Source: Moniliella sp. 'wahieum' (Eukaryota). From it: 64,000 nt of DNA. The DNA lies in contig RSEE01000031.1 in the NCBI GenBank assembly GCA_003971905.1, positions 186,001 to 250,000 of the forward strand, written 5' to 3'. The notes beneath the pieces were generated by a model, which was not told the origin of the DNA, ran no database searches, and worked only from the letters and a program-made list of their open reading frames with translations. The position numbers were made by a program, and so were the translations under genes. Position 1 is the stretch's first letter. Every line of letters begins with the position of its first letter. Shown piece after piece: positions 63,144 through 64,000 of this stretch.

Positions 63144-64000
63144 CCACCACCCCCATCGTCACCATCCTCTTCGCCATCGTCATCACTCACTCCAAACTCA
63201 ATTCCCACCAAGCAAGTACCAATCCCGCAGATGCGTTCGGCTCCGCAGTAACTGTAAAGGTATGTTTGGTTTTGCCCCTTGCCTTTTTGCTCCGGGCCCA
63301 GCACCCCGTCTCTCATCAATTCTTTTCCTGTATTCTGCCCCGCTTTCACCCTGGTGCCACCCATTCCATTTGCACCTTACTAACGTGGCTTCCTGCTCGT
63401 CCTATTTTCTTGACCTATTCTCTGCTGGGCCCACTTATTTCGTGCCTTGACTAATGGCTTGTGCATATCTGGTCGTCGTTTGCTTGGTTGCGTTGTGTCC
63501 GTTACAATCGGTGATTGCCACCTTGCCAACCAGGAGGTATCCTCACGGTCGCCGACGACCTGTTAAAGAACGACGGGCAAAAGTTCCTGGAGATGATGGA
63601 GCAATTGGCAAATCGTCGGGCACAACGGGAAGCGAGGTACAAGCCCAACTGGAAGCGCAATGGGGTCGGTTACGCAACCGCCCGCAGGACTATGACGAGA
63701 CCCAAGATGACGGGTATGACGTGAGAGGAGGAATATGTTCCGGAGGACGAGTTCATGGATGAGGACGACTTTGATGACGAGCAAGATGAGGAGGAGTCCA
63801 TCTCCGAGGAACAAAGGATGGAAGAAGGTCGTCGCATGTTCCAAATTTTTGCGGCTCGTATGTTTGAGCAGCGGGTCTTGCAAGCTTACCGCGAACATGT
63901 GGCCCAGGACCGCCAGCAACAGCTCCTCCGTGAACTCGAGGCGTCTGCGGCAGAAACAAGGGATAAGGCAGCCAAGCGGGAAAGGGAAAATCAGCGCAAA
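61333..64000 (+). CDS. NST1: Stress-response protein Nst1 (partial; runs off the window end)
   Basis: [21 protein letters not shown]...[79 protein letters not shown]. Intron 63260..63533. Confidence 0.92.
63022..63186 (+). repeat. Coding low-complexity block: Asp/Glu tract followed by a (CAY)n poly-His tract in NST1
   Basis: [55 protein letters not shown]. Confidence 0.9.

Overview
GC-rich, gene-dense eukaryotic DNA from a fungus, most likely a basidiomycete (smut/Ustilaginomycotina-like; inferred from gene content, short GT-AG introns with CTRAC branch points and intron-containing tRNAs). About 20 protein genes are recognisable: TauD dioxygenase, LIP5, SCS3/FIT, RPS4, a large secreted alpha/beta-hydrolase, homocitrate synthase, an ABCC transporter, a Kip2/kinesin-7-like motor, Spa2, a PAS-like/GATA factor, dipeptidyl peptidase V, SRF1, OXA1, Rab escort protein, a C2H2 factor, a formin, a velvet protein, PRP45 and NST1 (truncated by the window end). 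There are also two intron-containing tRNAs (Met-CAT, Lys-CTT). Most genes are broken by 1-bp deletions, which look like unpolished long-read errors rather than real pseudogenisation, so CDS boundaries are reconstructions. The most unusual object is a very young 3.7-kb Ty1/copia element (32423-36159; LTRs identical except for a 4-bp indel; GAGGG target-site duplication). It encodes IN-RT-RNaseH but no Gag or protease, has its own Kozak-context ATG, lacks a canonical primer-binding site, and sits 54 bp upstream of the GATA factor start. Other signals: an RTCACRTG motif cluster about 160-380 bp upstream of most genes, a long AG-free intron with a distal TACTAAC in NST1, and several intergenic short-motif arrays and inverted repeats.
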